A DNA stretch of 64,000 nt from Pseudomonadota bacterium (GTDB lineage Bacteria > Pseudomonadota > Alphaproteobacteria > DSM-16000 > Inquilinaceae). The notes below the pieces were generated by a model, which was not told where the DNA came from, did no database searches, and was given only the letters and a program-made list of their open reading frames with translations. The stretch is from assembly GCA_039177555.1 (NCBI GenBank), contig JBCDFV010000023.1, positions 4,898 through 68,897 of the forward strand, given 5' to 3'. Shown here piece by piece: positions 1 to 10,416 of the stretch. Both the position numbers and the translations under genes were made by a program. The stretch's first letter is position 1, and each line of letters begins with the position of its first letter.

Positions 1-55
1 CCAGGGCTTCGTGCTGAACGGCGCCCGCGCCTTGGCCCGCGCCAAGGGCGCCTGA
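1..55 (+). CDS. 3' end of an unidentified gene (partial)
   Basis: The frame is open from the window edge (...QGFVLNGARALARAKGA) and ends at TGA 53-55. It is too short to name. Confidence 0.3.
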   Translation, partial: QGFVLNGARALARAKGA

Positions 56-61
56 TCGAAG

Positions 62-829
62 TCAGCGCCCGCCCGTCAGCCAGTCCAGCGCCTGGCCCCA
101 CAGCCGGGCGAAATGGGGCCAGGCTAGGGCCTCGTTCGGCAGCCAGTGCGGGCCGATATCGCTGGTCCAGACCAGGCTGCGGCCCTTGCCGTGCTCGCCG
201 ACCGCCACGATGGGCAGGTTGCGGTAGGTCTCGCCGGCCTCGGCCAGCACCACCGCGTCCGGCTTGGCCCGCACCTCGTTGAAGCCCAGCAGCAGCGGCC
301 ACTCGCCCTCGATACCGGCCAGGATCGGATGGTCGCCGGCGGCTTGCGGCCGCAAACCCTGGGGCACCTCGATCCGGTCGTCATAGGGGTGAATGGTCAC
401 CGGCAGCACCGCCTCGACCGGCGTGTTGTGATAGCGCGCGCCGCCATTGATGCCCTGAAAGCTGTAATAGCCGCCGATCATGGCCAGCCCGCCGCCCTCG
501 GCCACGTACTGCTCCAGCGCGATGAGCCGGTTGGGCGTCGGCTTGCTGTGGATCCAGGTGTCCGGGTGCAGCAACAGGGTGTTCGAGCCGATGTCGGACA
601 GGATGATCGCGTCGTACGCGTTCAGCCCCTCGACGTCCGACGGAAAGTCGGTCTGCGCCTCGTGGCACGGCATCCAGGTGATTTCGAACGGCAGATCCTT
701 CAGCGCGTCGATAAAGCCGTCGGCGCCCCGGTGAAAGGTCACCGTCGGGAACTGATCAAATCCCTTGATATGGGTCGCGGTCGTGACCCAGCTTTCGCCG
801 GCCAGCAGGATCTTCTTTTTGTCGCTCAT
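62..829 (-). CDS. GATase1-like (class I glutamine amidotransferase-like fold) cytoplasmic protein
   Basis: 255-aa ORF. The N-terminus KKILLAGESWV...HIKGFDQF and the motifs AYDAIILSDIGSNTLLLHP and GGGLAMIGGYYSFQG are typical of the putative-GATase (DUF1355-like) family. It is tightly packed with the next gene. Confidence 0.75.
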   Translation of the reverse strand: MSDKKKILLAGESWVTTATHIKGFDQFPTVTFHRGADGFIDALKDLPFEITWMPCHEAQTDFPSDVEGLNAYDAIILSDIGSNTLLLHPDTWIHSKPTPNRLIALEQYVAEGGGLAMIGGYYSFQGINGGARYHNTPVEAVLPVTIHPYDDRIEVPQGLRPQAAGDHPILAGIEGEWPLLLGFNEVRAKPDAVVLAEAGETYRNLPIVAVGEHGKGRSLVWTSDIGPHWLPNEALAWPHFARLWGQALDWLTGGR

Positions 830-837
830 GGGTTTTG

Positions 838-1917
838 TCAGCCTTTTGGGGCGGCAGAAAACAGCCGGCGCGGATTATCGACCAGCATGGCGTCGATCGC
901 TTCCGCCTCGACGCCATGCCGGCGCAGGCGCGGCACGAAATGCTTCAGGATGTAGCCATAGCCAAAGCCGCCATGGCGGGTCAGCATCATCTTCAGGAAC
1001 ACGTCCTGTGACAGCAGCAGCCGGCCCAGATAGCCGTCATCGATCAGGGCGCGGATGGCCTTGGCGTTGTCCTCGTCGCTGGGGCATTGGGCGCGCTGTT
1101 CGGCGTAGTAATAGTCCATGCTGATCATGTCGTATTCCAGCCAGGCGCCACGGTCGGCCAGGCTCTTCTGATAGACCGGGTCGTCATAGCTGGGGTTCAT
1201 ATGGCACAGGATCGTGTGGTCCAGGTCGGCGCCCACGTCTTCGACCACGTCCAGCACGCGATGGGCCAACCGTTCCCAGCCCGGCAGATGGATCGAAAGC
1301 ACCACGCCGGTGCGTTTGGCCGCCTGGGCGGCGCCGCGCAGCGACTTCTCCTCCGCCGCCGTGAAGTCCGCGCTGACGCCGATCTCGCCGATCAGGCCGG
1401 CGACCACCGGCGGCTGTTCCAGGCCGCCGCCGACATCGGTGATGATCTGTTCGGCGATCTGGTCCTCGCTCATGGCCGCGAAATAGTCGGGGTGGGACCG
1501 TTCCAGGTAGAAGCCGGCGCCCATGACGATGTTCAGGCCGGTGCGCCGGCTGATGCGCTGCAGCGCCGGCCCGTCGCGCCCGATGCCCCGATTGGTCGGG
1601 TCGATGACGGTGGCACCGCCCTGGTCGGCGAACTTCATCAACTCGTCGATGGCGACCTCGGCGTCGGAAAGCTGGCAATTGTCCCGGTTGATGAACGGGT
1701 TCATGCGCAGCTCGCCTAGGAACTCGACCGAAACCGGTCGTTCGGCCATCTCCAGGTCGCCGGCGCAGCACGGCCGGCACCAGGACGTCGCGCCGTCGAG
1801 CAGGATGTGCTCATGCGGCAGAGTGATGCCCATCTGGTCGACCGGAAGCGGCCCCAGCACGGTCATGACTTGGCCCGAGGTCACCCCGATCGCGGGCAGG
1901 GTTTCCGTCTCGCTCAT
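838..1917 (-). CDS. phosphotriesterase-family (PTE/Php-like) metal-dependent hydrolase, probably a lactonase/esterase
   Basis: 359 aa. It has the GITLPHEHILLD HxH metal motif near the N-terminus and TIM-barrel amidohydrolase-like conserved His/Asp positions (SIHLPG, LCHMN, LSQDV). Confidence 0.85.
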   Translation of the reverse strand: MSETETLPAIGVTSGQVMTVLGPLPVDQMGITLPHEHILLDGATSWCRPCCAGDLEMAERPVSVEFLGELRMNPFINRDNCQLSDAEVAIDELMKFADQGGATVIDPTNRGIGRDGPALQRISRRTGLNIVMGAGFYLERSHPDYFAAMSEDQIAEQIITDVGGGLEQPPVVAGLIGEIGVSADFTAAEEKSLRGAAQAAKRTGVVLSIHLPGWERLAHRVLDVVEDVGADLDHTILCHMNPSYDDPVYQKSLADRGAWLEYDMISMDYYYAEQRAQCPSDEDNAKAIRALIDDGYLGRLLLSQDVFLKMMLTRHGGFGYGYILKHFVPRLRRHGVEAEAIDAMLVDNPRRLFSAAPKG

Positions 1918-2897
1918 CGTCGTTTGCCTCCCCCGCTGAACAGCCGGAAATTCAGCCAGATCGCGACCAGGATGATAACGCCGGTCACGATCGGTGTCAG
2001 GAACGGCGACAGGTGCGACAGGATCAGCCCGTTGGCGATCACGGCCACGGTCAGGGCGCCCAGGATCGTGCCGATCACCGTGCCGCGCCCGCCGAACAGG
2101 CTGGTTGAGCCCAGCACGACGGCGGCGATGACCTGCAATTCGAAGCCGAGGCCAGCGTTCGACGAGCCGCTGCCCAGCCGCGCGGTCAACAGCAGGCTGG
2201 CCAGGGCGGCCGCCGTGCCGGTCAGGACATAGACCATCAAGGTCACGCGCTTGATGTTGACGCCGGCGCGCCGCACGGCCTCGGCATTGGCGCCGATGCC
2301 GGTGATGTAGCGGCCAAAGCGTGTCTGGTTGAAGGCCAGCAGCGCCGCCAGCAAAACGGCAATGGCGATCAGCGCCGGGACCGGCATGCCCAGAAACCAG
2401 CCGCGCCCGAGAAAGACGAAACCGATATCGCTGTCGACCGGCACCGAATAGCCACCGGTCATCAACAGCGCGATGCCGCGAAAGATGCTCAAACCCGCCA
2501 GCGTGACGATGAAGGCCGGGATGCCCTCATAGGCGATGAAGAAGCCCTGAACGGCGCCGATCAACGCGCCCAGCGCCAGCATGGCGATGAACATCACGGG
2601 CCAGGGCAGGCCCGCTTGCAGGGATATTGCCGCCACCGATCCGATCAGCGCAATGATCGAGCCGACGGACAGGTCGATGCCGGCCGTGGTGATCACGAAG
2701 GTCATCGCGGCGGCCACGATCAACAGCGGCGCGCTTTGGCGGATGATGTTCAACAGGTTGCTGTTGGTCAGAAACCCGTCGGTGGCGAGCGAGAAATAGA
2801 CACAGACGCAGATGAAGAAGACCGCGATGCTGGCCACGCCGCCATTGGCGACCAGCCGGTCCCGCAGGGTCATGCCGGTCGCGTTGGTTGCGGCCAT
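1914..2897 (-). CDS. sugar ABC transporter permease (ribose/RbsC type)
   Basis: 327 aa, polytopic and hydrophobic, with the TAGIDLSVGS motif typical of the RbsC/AraH family. There is a 4-nt overlap with the downstream gene. Confidence 0.9.
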   Translation of the reverse strand: MAATNATGMTLRDRLVANGGVASIAVFFICVCVYFSLATDGFLTNSNLLNIIRQSAPLLIVAAAMTFVITTAGIDLSVGSIIALIGSVAAISLQAGLPWPVMFIAMLALGALIGAVQGFFIAYEGIPAFIVTLAGLSIFRGIALLMTGGYSVPVDSDIGFVFLGRGWFLGMPVPALIAIAVLLAALLAFNQTRFGRYITGIGANAEAVRRAGVNIKRVTLMVYVLTGTAAALASLLLTARLGSGSSNAGLGFELQVIAAVVLGSTSLFGGRGTVIGTILGALTVAVIANGLILSHLSPFLTPIVTGVIILVAIWLNFRLFSGGGKRR

Positions 2898-2900
2898 TGC

Positions 2901-3683
2901 TCAGGCCCCCACGCCGGCGGACCGGGCGGCGAATTTGCGGCCGACGATCAGGTTTACGACTTCCTCGATGTTGGTGTCGGCAATGTCGCGTTCGGCCACC
3001 TTCTGCCCCTCATACATCACCATCAGCCGGTCGCAGACCAGGAACAGATCCTGCAGGCGGTGGGTGATCAGGATGACGCTGACGCCGCTGGCGCTGACCC
3101 GCCGGATCAGGTCCAGCACCGCCTCGACCTCGGCAACGGCCAGGGCCGCCGTCGGCTCGTCCATGATCAAAACGGCCGGGTCGAACGAGGCGGATCGGCC
3201 GATGGCGATGCTTTGCCGCTGGCCGCCGGACAGGTTTTCCACGCGCAGCCGCGTATCCGGGATCGAGATGCCCAGCCCCTCCAGCATGCGGCGCGCTTCT
3301 TCATGCATGCGGCGCTTGTCCAACAGCGCCACACCGGCGATCCGGCGATAGGGCTCGCGCCCCAGGAACAGATTGCCGGCGACGTCGACCGTGTCGCACA
3401 GCGACAGGTCCTGATAGACCATCTCGACATGGTGGCGCCGCGCGTCGGCGGGGCTTGAGAAGCGCACCGTCTTGCCGTCGATCTCGATGGTGCCGGCGTC
3501 CGGGATGACCGCGCCGGACAGCACCTTGCTCAAGGTCGATTTGCCGGCGCCGTTATCCCCGACGATGCCCAGCACCTCGCCGGCGCGCAGCTCCATATCG
3601 ACATTGTCGAGCGACTGGATTGCGCCGTAGCGTTTGGCGATGCCGGACATCCGGACCCGGATCGGCTTGGTTTCTGCTTCCAC
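2901..3683 (-). CDS. sugar ABC transporter ATP-binding protein (single cassette)
   Basis: 260 aa with Walker A GDNGAGKST, signature LSGGQRQ and Walker B LIMDEPT. Confidence 0.9.
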   Translation of the reverse strand: MEAETKPIRVRMSGIAKRYGAIQSLDNVDMELRAGEVLGIVGDNGAGKSTLSKVLSGAVIPDAGTIEIDGKTVRFSSPADARRHHVEMVYQDLSLCDTVDVAGNLFLGREPYRRIAGVALLDKRRMHEEARRMLEGLGISIPDTRLRVENLSGGQRQSIAIGRSASFDPAVLIMDEPTAALAVAEVEAVLDLIRRVSASGVSVILITHRLQDLFLVCDRLMVMYEGQKVAERDIADTNIEEVVNLIVGRKFAARSAGVGA

Positions 3684-3765
3684 GGTCGGTCTGAGCGAGC
3701 CTCTTGAAAAGGATCGGCCGGCCCAGCGATTGGGCCGGCCGGACGTACGCGCCTAGCTTAAGCGC

Positions 3766-4701
3766 TTACTCAAACATGCCGCGATACTCGTCGACATTCT
3801 CCGAGGTCACGATGTCGATCGGGATGTAGACGATCGGGTCGACCGAGCCGCCTTCGATCAAGGTCATCGCGGCCTCAACCGCGGCCACGCCCTCGCCATA
3901 CGGGTCCTGCTGCACCACGGCGACGACCCAGCCCTCGTCAATGCCGTTGATCGCCTGGGCGGTCAGGTCCCAGCCGAAAACCTTCACGGAATCGGTCAGG
4001 CCCTGGCTTTCGACGGCGGCGACGGCGCCGATCAAAGCCGGCTCGCCCGAGGCGTAGATCGCGTCCATGCCCGGGTTGGCCGTCATCAGGTTTTCCGCCG
4101 CCGCCAAGGCGACGTCCTGGACGTTCTGGCCGTCGACGGTGTTGAGGATCTCGATCGACATGCCGGAACCTTCGACGACCTCGACAAAGCCGTCGACGCG
4201 TTGGTTCTGAATGAACGAGTTCAGCGCGCCCACGATGCCGACCGTGGCTTCGCGGCCCATCTCCTCGTCGACATAATCGACGAAGAATTGGCCGATATCG
4301 CGCCCGGCCTGGGTGTTGTCGACACCGATGAAGGTCTCGTTATCACCGTCGGGGATCTGGGCGTCGATCGCGATCACCGGAATGCCCGCCGCGACGGACT
4401 GCGATATCGCCGGCTTCACGCCGTTCACGTCGATGGCGACCAGGATAATGGCGTCCACGCCCTGGCTGATATAGGTCTCGATGGCGTCGTTCTGGGCCGA
4501 CGGCACGTTGTTGGCGTTGAAGATCACCAGGTCGGCGCCGGCCTCTTCGGCAGCGGCCGTCGCGCCGTCATTGATCTGGTTGAAGAACAACGCCTGCTGG
4601 TTGATCGTCACCAGCGCGATGGTTTCGGCCGATGCGCTGGCGCTGAGGCCCGTCATCAAACCGGCCGCGGCCAATGCGGCGATGCCAATGGATTTCGACA
4701 T
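3766..4701 (-). CDS. sugar ABC transporter periplasmic substrate-binding protein (RbsB-like)
   Basis: 311 aa with signal peptide MSKSIGIAALAAAGLMTGLSASASA. It has type-I periplasmic binding protein features (FFNQINDGA, GVDAIILV). Confidence 0.9.
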   Translation of the reverse strand: MSKSIGIAALAAAGLMTGLSASASAETIALVTINQQALFFNQINDGATAAAEEAGADLVIFNANNVPSAQNDAIETYISQGVDAIILVAIDVNGVKPAISQSVAAGIPVIAIDAQIPDGDNETFIGVDNTQAGRDIGQFFVDYVDEEMGREATVGIVGALNSFIQNQRVDGFVEVVEGSGMSIEILNTVDGQNVQDVALAAAENLMTANPGMDAIYASGEPALIGAVAAVESQGLTDSVKVFGWDLTAQAINGIDEGWVVAVVQQDPYGEGVAAVEAAMTLIEGGSVDPIVYIPIDIVTSENVDEYRGMFE

Positions 4702-4780
4702 GGGTTTCCTTCTCCCTTGTTGACTGAGCCTTCCCGGTCGCGCCTTTAACTCTGATCAGCGGCACGACCATCCGGCGATT

Positions 4781-4818
4781 ATTCAAGCGGTCATGACGTC
4801 AGGTCAAGTTGCTTGAAT
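4781..4818. promoter_or_regulatory. nested palindromes upstream of the sugar ABC operon (candidate operator)
   Basis: A perfect 8-bp inverted repeat ATTCAAGC (4781-4788) / GCTTGAAT (4811-4818) encloses the perfect palindrome TGACGTCA (4794-4801). It lies 80-120 bp upstream of the SBP start at 4701. Confidence 0.35.
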
Positions 4819-4841
4819 GAAAGGTTTCAAAACGGCTCGTT

Positions 4842-5465
4842 TTAGAATGTCGGCGGCGTGTTCACCCAAAAGATGCTGGCCGGTTCGTCCGACGGGTTGC
4901 GATAGGCGTGGGGCAGGGTGGACCGGAAGACGAAGGCATCCCCCGCCGACAGGGTATAGACCTGTCCGTCGATCTCCAGCTCGACCTGCCCTTCGATGAC
5001 GTATCCCACCTCCTCTCCATCATGCGCGATCGGCGCGTCGCTGCTGCCGCCGGCGCGGATATGGTGGATGTTGCACTGAAGCAGATGGTTGGGGTCGTAG
5101 GGCACCACGCGCTCCAAGCTAATGCCCTCGCCCTGGCGCAGCGGGTCCAGCGCGATCATCGGCCGTTCGCCTTGCCGGAAGACGATGCCGGGATCGCCCT
5201 CGGTCTCGTCGAACATCCAGCCGATGTTAAAGCCCAGTTCGCGCGCCAGCCGGTGCAGCATGGGCAGCGACGGGGTCGCCTTACCATTTTCGTATTTCGA
5301 CAGCAGGCTTTCCGAACAGCCGGCGAGATCGGCCAACTGTTTCAGCTTCAGCCCCCGCAGGCGCCGCGCCAGGCGCAGCCGGGTGCCGATCCTGCCCAGC
5401 GTCGCGTCACCGTCCGACGTTTCCGAATGCCGAAGTGCCATTCCGGCATCATGCATGTCCTTCAA
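4842..5465 (-). CDS. XRE-family HTH transcriptional regulator with C-terminal cupin domain
   Basis: 207 aa. The HTH_3 motif is LRLARRLRGLKLKQLADLAGCSESLLSKYENG. The C-terminal cupin motif is HDGEEVGYVIEGQVELEIDG...GDAFVF. The start could be a downstream Met. Confidence 0.85.
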   Translation of the reverse strand: MKDMHDAGMALRHSETSDGDATLGRIGTRLRLARRLRGLKLKQLADLAGCSESLLSKYENGKATPSLPMLHRLARELGFNIGWMFDETEGDPGIVFRQGERPMIALDPLRQGEGISLERVVPYDPNHLLQCNIHHIRAGGSSDAPIAHDGEEVGYVIEGQVELEIDGQVYTLSAGDAFVFRSTLPHAYRNPSDEPASIFWVNTPPTF

Positions 5466-5665
5466 GTCAGTTTCAAATAGTTCTAGCCGGTCAAGGCTGG
5501 CAAGCGCGATTTGGCTGGTCGACGCGGGTAGGGCTCAGGTCTTCTCGATCCGGCTGGGTTCGCCGGAAAATGGATCGTTCCAATCATGCAGGGTCTCTGG
5601 AGGTTGGTCCGCCTTCTGCGGATTGTCGCTTGACCGAGTCTAGCTGTCGGCGTATCAACGAGTAA

Positions 5666-5679
5666 TTGGAACGTTCTAA
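5666..5679. promoter_or_regulatory. candidate LacI-family operator
   Basis: TTGGAACGTTCTAA is a 14-bp near-perfect palindrome (6 of 7 half-site positions) centred on CG. It is followed by a partner half-site CGTTCCCAA at 5689-5697 and lies about 95 bp upstream of the likely LacI start. Confidence 0.4.
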
Positions 5680-5773
5680 TAAACACATCGTTCCCAACCG
5701 ATACTGCAAGCTGCAGACAGGGAGTGGAGCGCTGATCACCCACGACAAGCAGACGGACAGGCCGCGTCGGCGT

Positions 5774-7791
<2,018 letters not shown>

Positions 7792-7798
7792 GCGGCCG

Positions 7799-9379
7799 AT
7801 GTCCAAGATCGTCACGGCCGCGCGGGCCGCCGACCTCATCGCCGACGGATCGGTCGTGACCGTCAGCTCGTCCAGCGGCCTCGGCTGCCCGGACGCGGTG
7901 CTTCAGGCGATCGGCGAACGGTTCGATCAGGCCGGTACGCCGCGCAACCTGACGACCCTGCACCCGATCGCCGCCGGCGACATGTACGGCATTCGCGGCA
8001 TCGACCATCTGGCCAAGCCGGGCCTGCTGGCGCGCACCATCTGCGGGTCCTACCCGTCGGGCCCCTCGCGGGCCGAGCCGCCGGCGATCTGGCAGATGAT
8101 CGGCGACAATGGTGTTGCCGCCTACAACGTGCCCAGCGGCATCCTGTTCGACCTGCACCGCGAGGCGGCCGCCAAACGGCCGGGCGTGATGACCAAGGTC
8201 GGCCTCGACACCTTTGTCGACCCGGATCGCCAAGGCTGTGCCATGAACCAGGCGGCGGCCGAGCCGATCGTGCGCAAGATCACGTTCGAGGGGGACGAAT
8301 GGCTGTTCTTCCCGACCATCACGCCGACCGTCGCCATCATCCGGGCGACCACGGCGGACGAAAAGGGCAACCTGTCCTACGAGCATGAAGGCGCCTATCT
8401 GGGCGCGCTCGACCAGGCGTTAGCCGTGCGCAACAATGGCGGCCTTGTCATCGCCCAGGTGAAACGCGTCTGCAAGGCGGGCACGCTGAAACCCCATGAC
8501 GTCGCCGTGCCCGGCGTGCTGGTCGACCACATCGTCGTCGCGCCCGACCAGCTTCAGACCACCCAGACGCCATACGACCCGGCGATCAGCGGTGAGATCT
8601 TCCGGCCGCTCGACAGTTTCGAGACCCCCGAATGGGGCGTGGCCAAGGTTATGGCGCGCCGCGTGGCCATGGAGTTGAAGCGCGGCTGGGCGGTCAATAT
8701 CGGCTTCGGCATCTCGTCCAACGTGCCCCGCATCCTCTTGGAGGAGGGGCGACATGGCGACGTCACCTGGGTGATCGAACAGGGCGCGGTCGGCGGCGTG
8801 CCCTTGCTGGACTTCAAGTTCGGCTGCGCGTCCAATGCCGAGGCGATCATGCCGTCGCCCCAGCAATTCACCTATTTCCAGGGCGGCGGCTTCGACGCCA
8901 GCCTGCTGTCGTTCCTGCAAATCGGCCGGGACGGCTCGGTGAATGTCTCGCAGCTTTCCGCCAGGCCGCATGTCACGGCCGGTGCCGGCGGCTTCGTCGA
9001 TATCACGGCCCGCGCGCGCAAGATCGTCTTCTCCGGCTTCTTCAATGCCGGGGCGGCGGTCGACATCGACACGGGCCGGCTCAGGATCGATCGCGAGGGC
9101 AAGGTCGCCAAGCTGGTCGATGAGGTCGAGCACGTCTCTTTCTCCGGCCGGCGCGCGGTCGCCCAGGGCCAAGAGGTGACCTATGTGACGGAGCGCTGCG
9201 TGATGCGCCTGACGGAGGCCGGTCCGGTCGTGACCGAAATCGCACCGGGCGTGGACTTGCGCCGCGACGTGCTCGATCGAGCCGGCTTTGACCTTCAGGT
9301 CGCGCCGAACCTGACGGTGATGCCGGAGAGCCTGTTCCATCCCGACCCGATCGAACTGCCCTTGGACGAGGCGGCCTGA
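7799..9379 (+). CDS. acyl-CoA:acetate/3-ketoacid CoA-transferase (YdiF-like, fused alpha/beta)
   Basis: The true start is ATG 7799 (MSKIVTAARAADLIADGSVVTVSSS). The 46 residues upstream in the ORF track overlap the previous gene. It has family I CoA-transferase features along about 527 aa. Confidence 0.85.
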   Translation: MSKIVTAARAADLIADGSVVTVSSSSGLGCPDAVLQAIGERFDQAGTPRNLTTLHPIAAGDMYGIRGIDHLAKPGLLARTICGSYPSGPSRAEPPAIWQMIGDNGVAAYNVPSGILFDLHREAAAKRPGVMTKVGLDTFVDPDRQGCAMNQAAAEPIVRKITFEGDEWLFFPTITPTVAIIRATTADEKGNLSYEHEGAYLGALDQALAVRNNGGLVIAQVKRVCKAGTLKPHDVAVPGVLVDHIVVAPDQLQTTQTPYDPAISGEIFRPLDSFETPEWGVAKVMARRVAMELKRGWAVNIGFGISSNVPRILLEEGRHGDVTWVIEQGAVGGVPLLDFKFGCASNAEAIMPSPQQFTYFQGGGFDASLLSFLQIGRDGSVNVSQLSARPHVTAGAGGFVDITARARKIVFSGFFNAGAAVDIDTGRLRIDREGKVAKLVDEVEHVSFSGRRAVAQGQEVTYVTERCVMRLTEAGPVVTEIAPGVDLRRDVLDRAGFDLQVAPNLTVMPESLFHPDPIELPLDEAA

Positions 9380-10158
9380 TGCAAACCAATCGCGCCAGCC
9401 TGTCGATCGAGGGTGCCGTGGCGGTGATCACGCTGACCCGGCCGGAAAAGCTGAACGCCATCGATCAGCCGATGCTGGCAGACCTGGCGGATTGCGTGCG
9501 ACGGGTTGAGGCCGACAACGCGGTCCGGGTCGCGATCCTGACCGGCAGCGGTGATCGCGCGTTCAGCACCGGCGGCGACATCGCGGCCTGGTCGGATCTC
9601 GACCCGCTCAGCTTCGGGCGGCGCTGGGTCCGCGACGGGCATCTGGTGTTCGACCAACTGGCGCGGCTGCGCCAACCTTTGATCGCTGTGCTGAACGGTC
9701 CTGCCTTCGGCGGCGGCCTGGAACTGGCGGCGACCGCCGACCTGATCGTCGCCGAGGCGCACGCGACCATTGGCCTGCCGGAGACCGGGCTCGGCATGGT
9801 GCCGGGCTGGTCCGGCACCCAGCGCCTCGTCCGCCGCTTCGGCAGCCGCACGGTCAAGCGCATGTCGCTGGCGGGCGACGTCTTCACCGCCGTTCAGGCC
9901 GGCGACGCGGGCATGGTCGATCGCGTGGCGCCGTCGGGCGAGGGATTGACCGTGGCTCGCGAACTGGCCGCGCGGGTCGCGGAACGAGGCCCGGCCGCGG
10001 TCCAGATCGCCAAGCAGATGATCAACGCGGCCGAGGGCGAGGATGCCGAGGCCGCGCTTGAAAGCCTCGCCGGCGCGCTGGTCGCGACCACGCAAGACCT
10101 CAAGGAAGGTGTCGCCGGCTTTCGCGAAAAGCGCGCGCCCGTGTTCCAGGATCGATAG
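9379..10158 (+). CDS. enoyl-CoA hydratase/isomerase (crotonase) family protein
   Basis: 259 aa with crotonase signatures: AVAVITLTRPEKLNA, GGDIAAW, AVLNGPAFGGGLELA. The start overlaps the stop of the CoA-transferase gene. Confidence 0.9.
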   Translation: MQTNRASLSIEGAVAVITLTRPEKLNAIDQPMLADLADCVRRVEADNAVRVAILTGSGDRAFSTGGDIAAWSDLDPLSFGRRWVRDGHLVFDQLARLRQPLIAVLNGPAFGGGLELAATADLIVAEAHATIGLPETGLGMVPGWSGTQRLVRRFGSRTVKRMSLAGDVFTAVQAGDAGMVDRVAPSGEGLTVARELAARVAERGPAAVQIAKQMINAAEGEDAEAALESLAGALVATTQDLKEGVAGFREKRAPVFQDR

Positions 10159-10161
10159 CCC

Positions 10162-10413
10162 ATGATCGCCGCCATCACCCCCGCGCCCATCGCCGAACAG
10201 ACCGCCGGCCCGACGGCCTATCGCCTGCTGATCGACGGTGCCTGGACCGATGCCGCCAGCGGCTGTGAGTGGCTGAAGGCGCATGACGGTCGCGAGGTGA
10301 TCGCCCGCATGCGGTCCGACGCCGTGGTCTCGGTGGGCCAGCGCATGCCGTTCGCCTTCAACATGGACAAGGCGGTCTTTTTCGACCCGCAAAGCGAACA
10401 GCGGCTTTCCTAG
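10162..10413 (+). CDS. small TOBE-domain-like protein, or remnant of an ABC ATPase C-terminus
   Basis: 83 aa. The C-terminal part GREVIARMRSDAVVSVGQRMPFAFNMDKAVFFDPQSEQRL looks like the MalK/UgpC-type TOBE regulatory tail. It is packed 3 nt from both neighbours. Confidence 0.45.
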   Translation: MIAAITPAPIAEQTAGPTAYRLLIDGAWTDAASGCEWLKAHDGREVIARMRSDAVVSVGQRMPFAFNMDKAVFFDPQSEQRLS

Positions 10414-10416
10414 TCG

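Noticed and set aside
10162-10275. N-terminal part of the 83-aa ORF as a fragment of an aldehyde dehydrogenase gene
   Set aside because: The resemblance (YRLLIDGAWTDAASG) covers only about 15 residues and could equally be part of a TOBE beta-strand. It is kept as an alternative in the finding and is not asserted.
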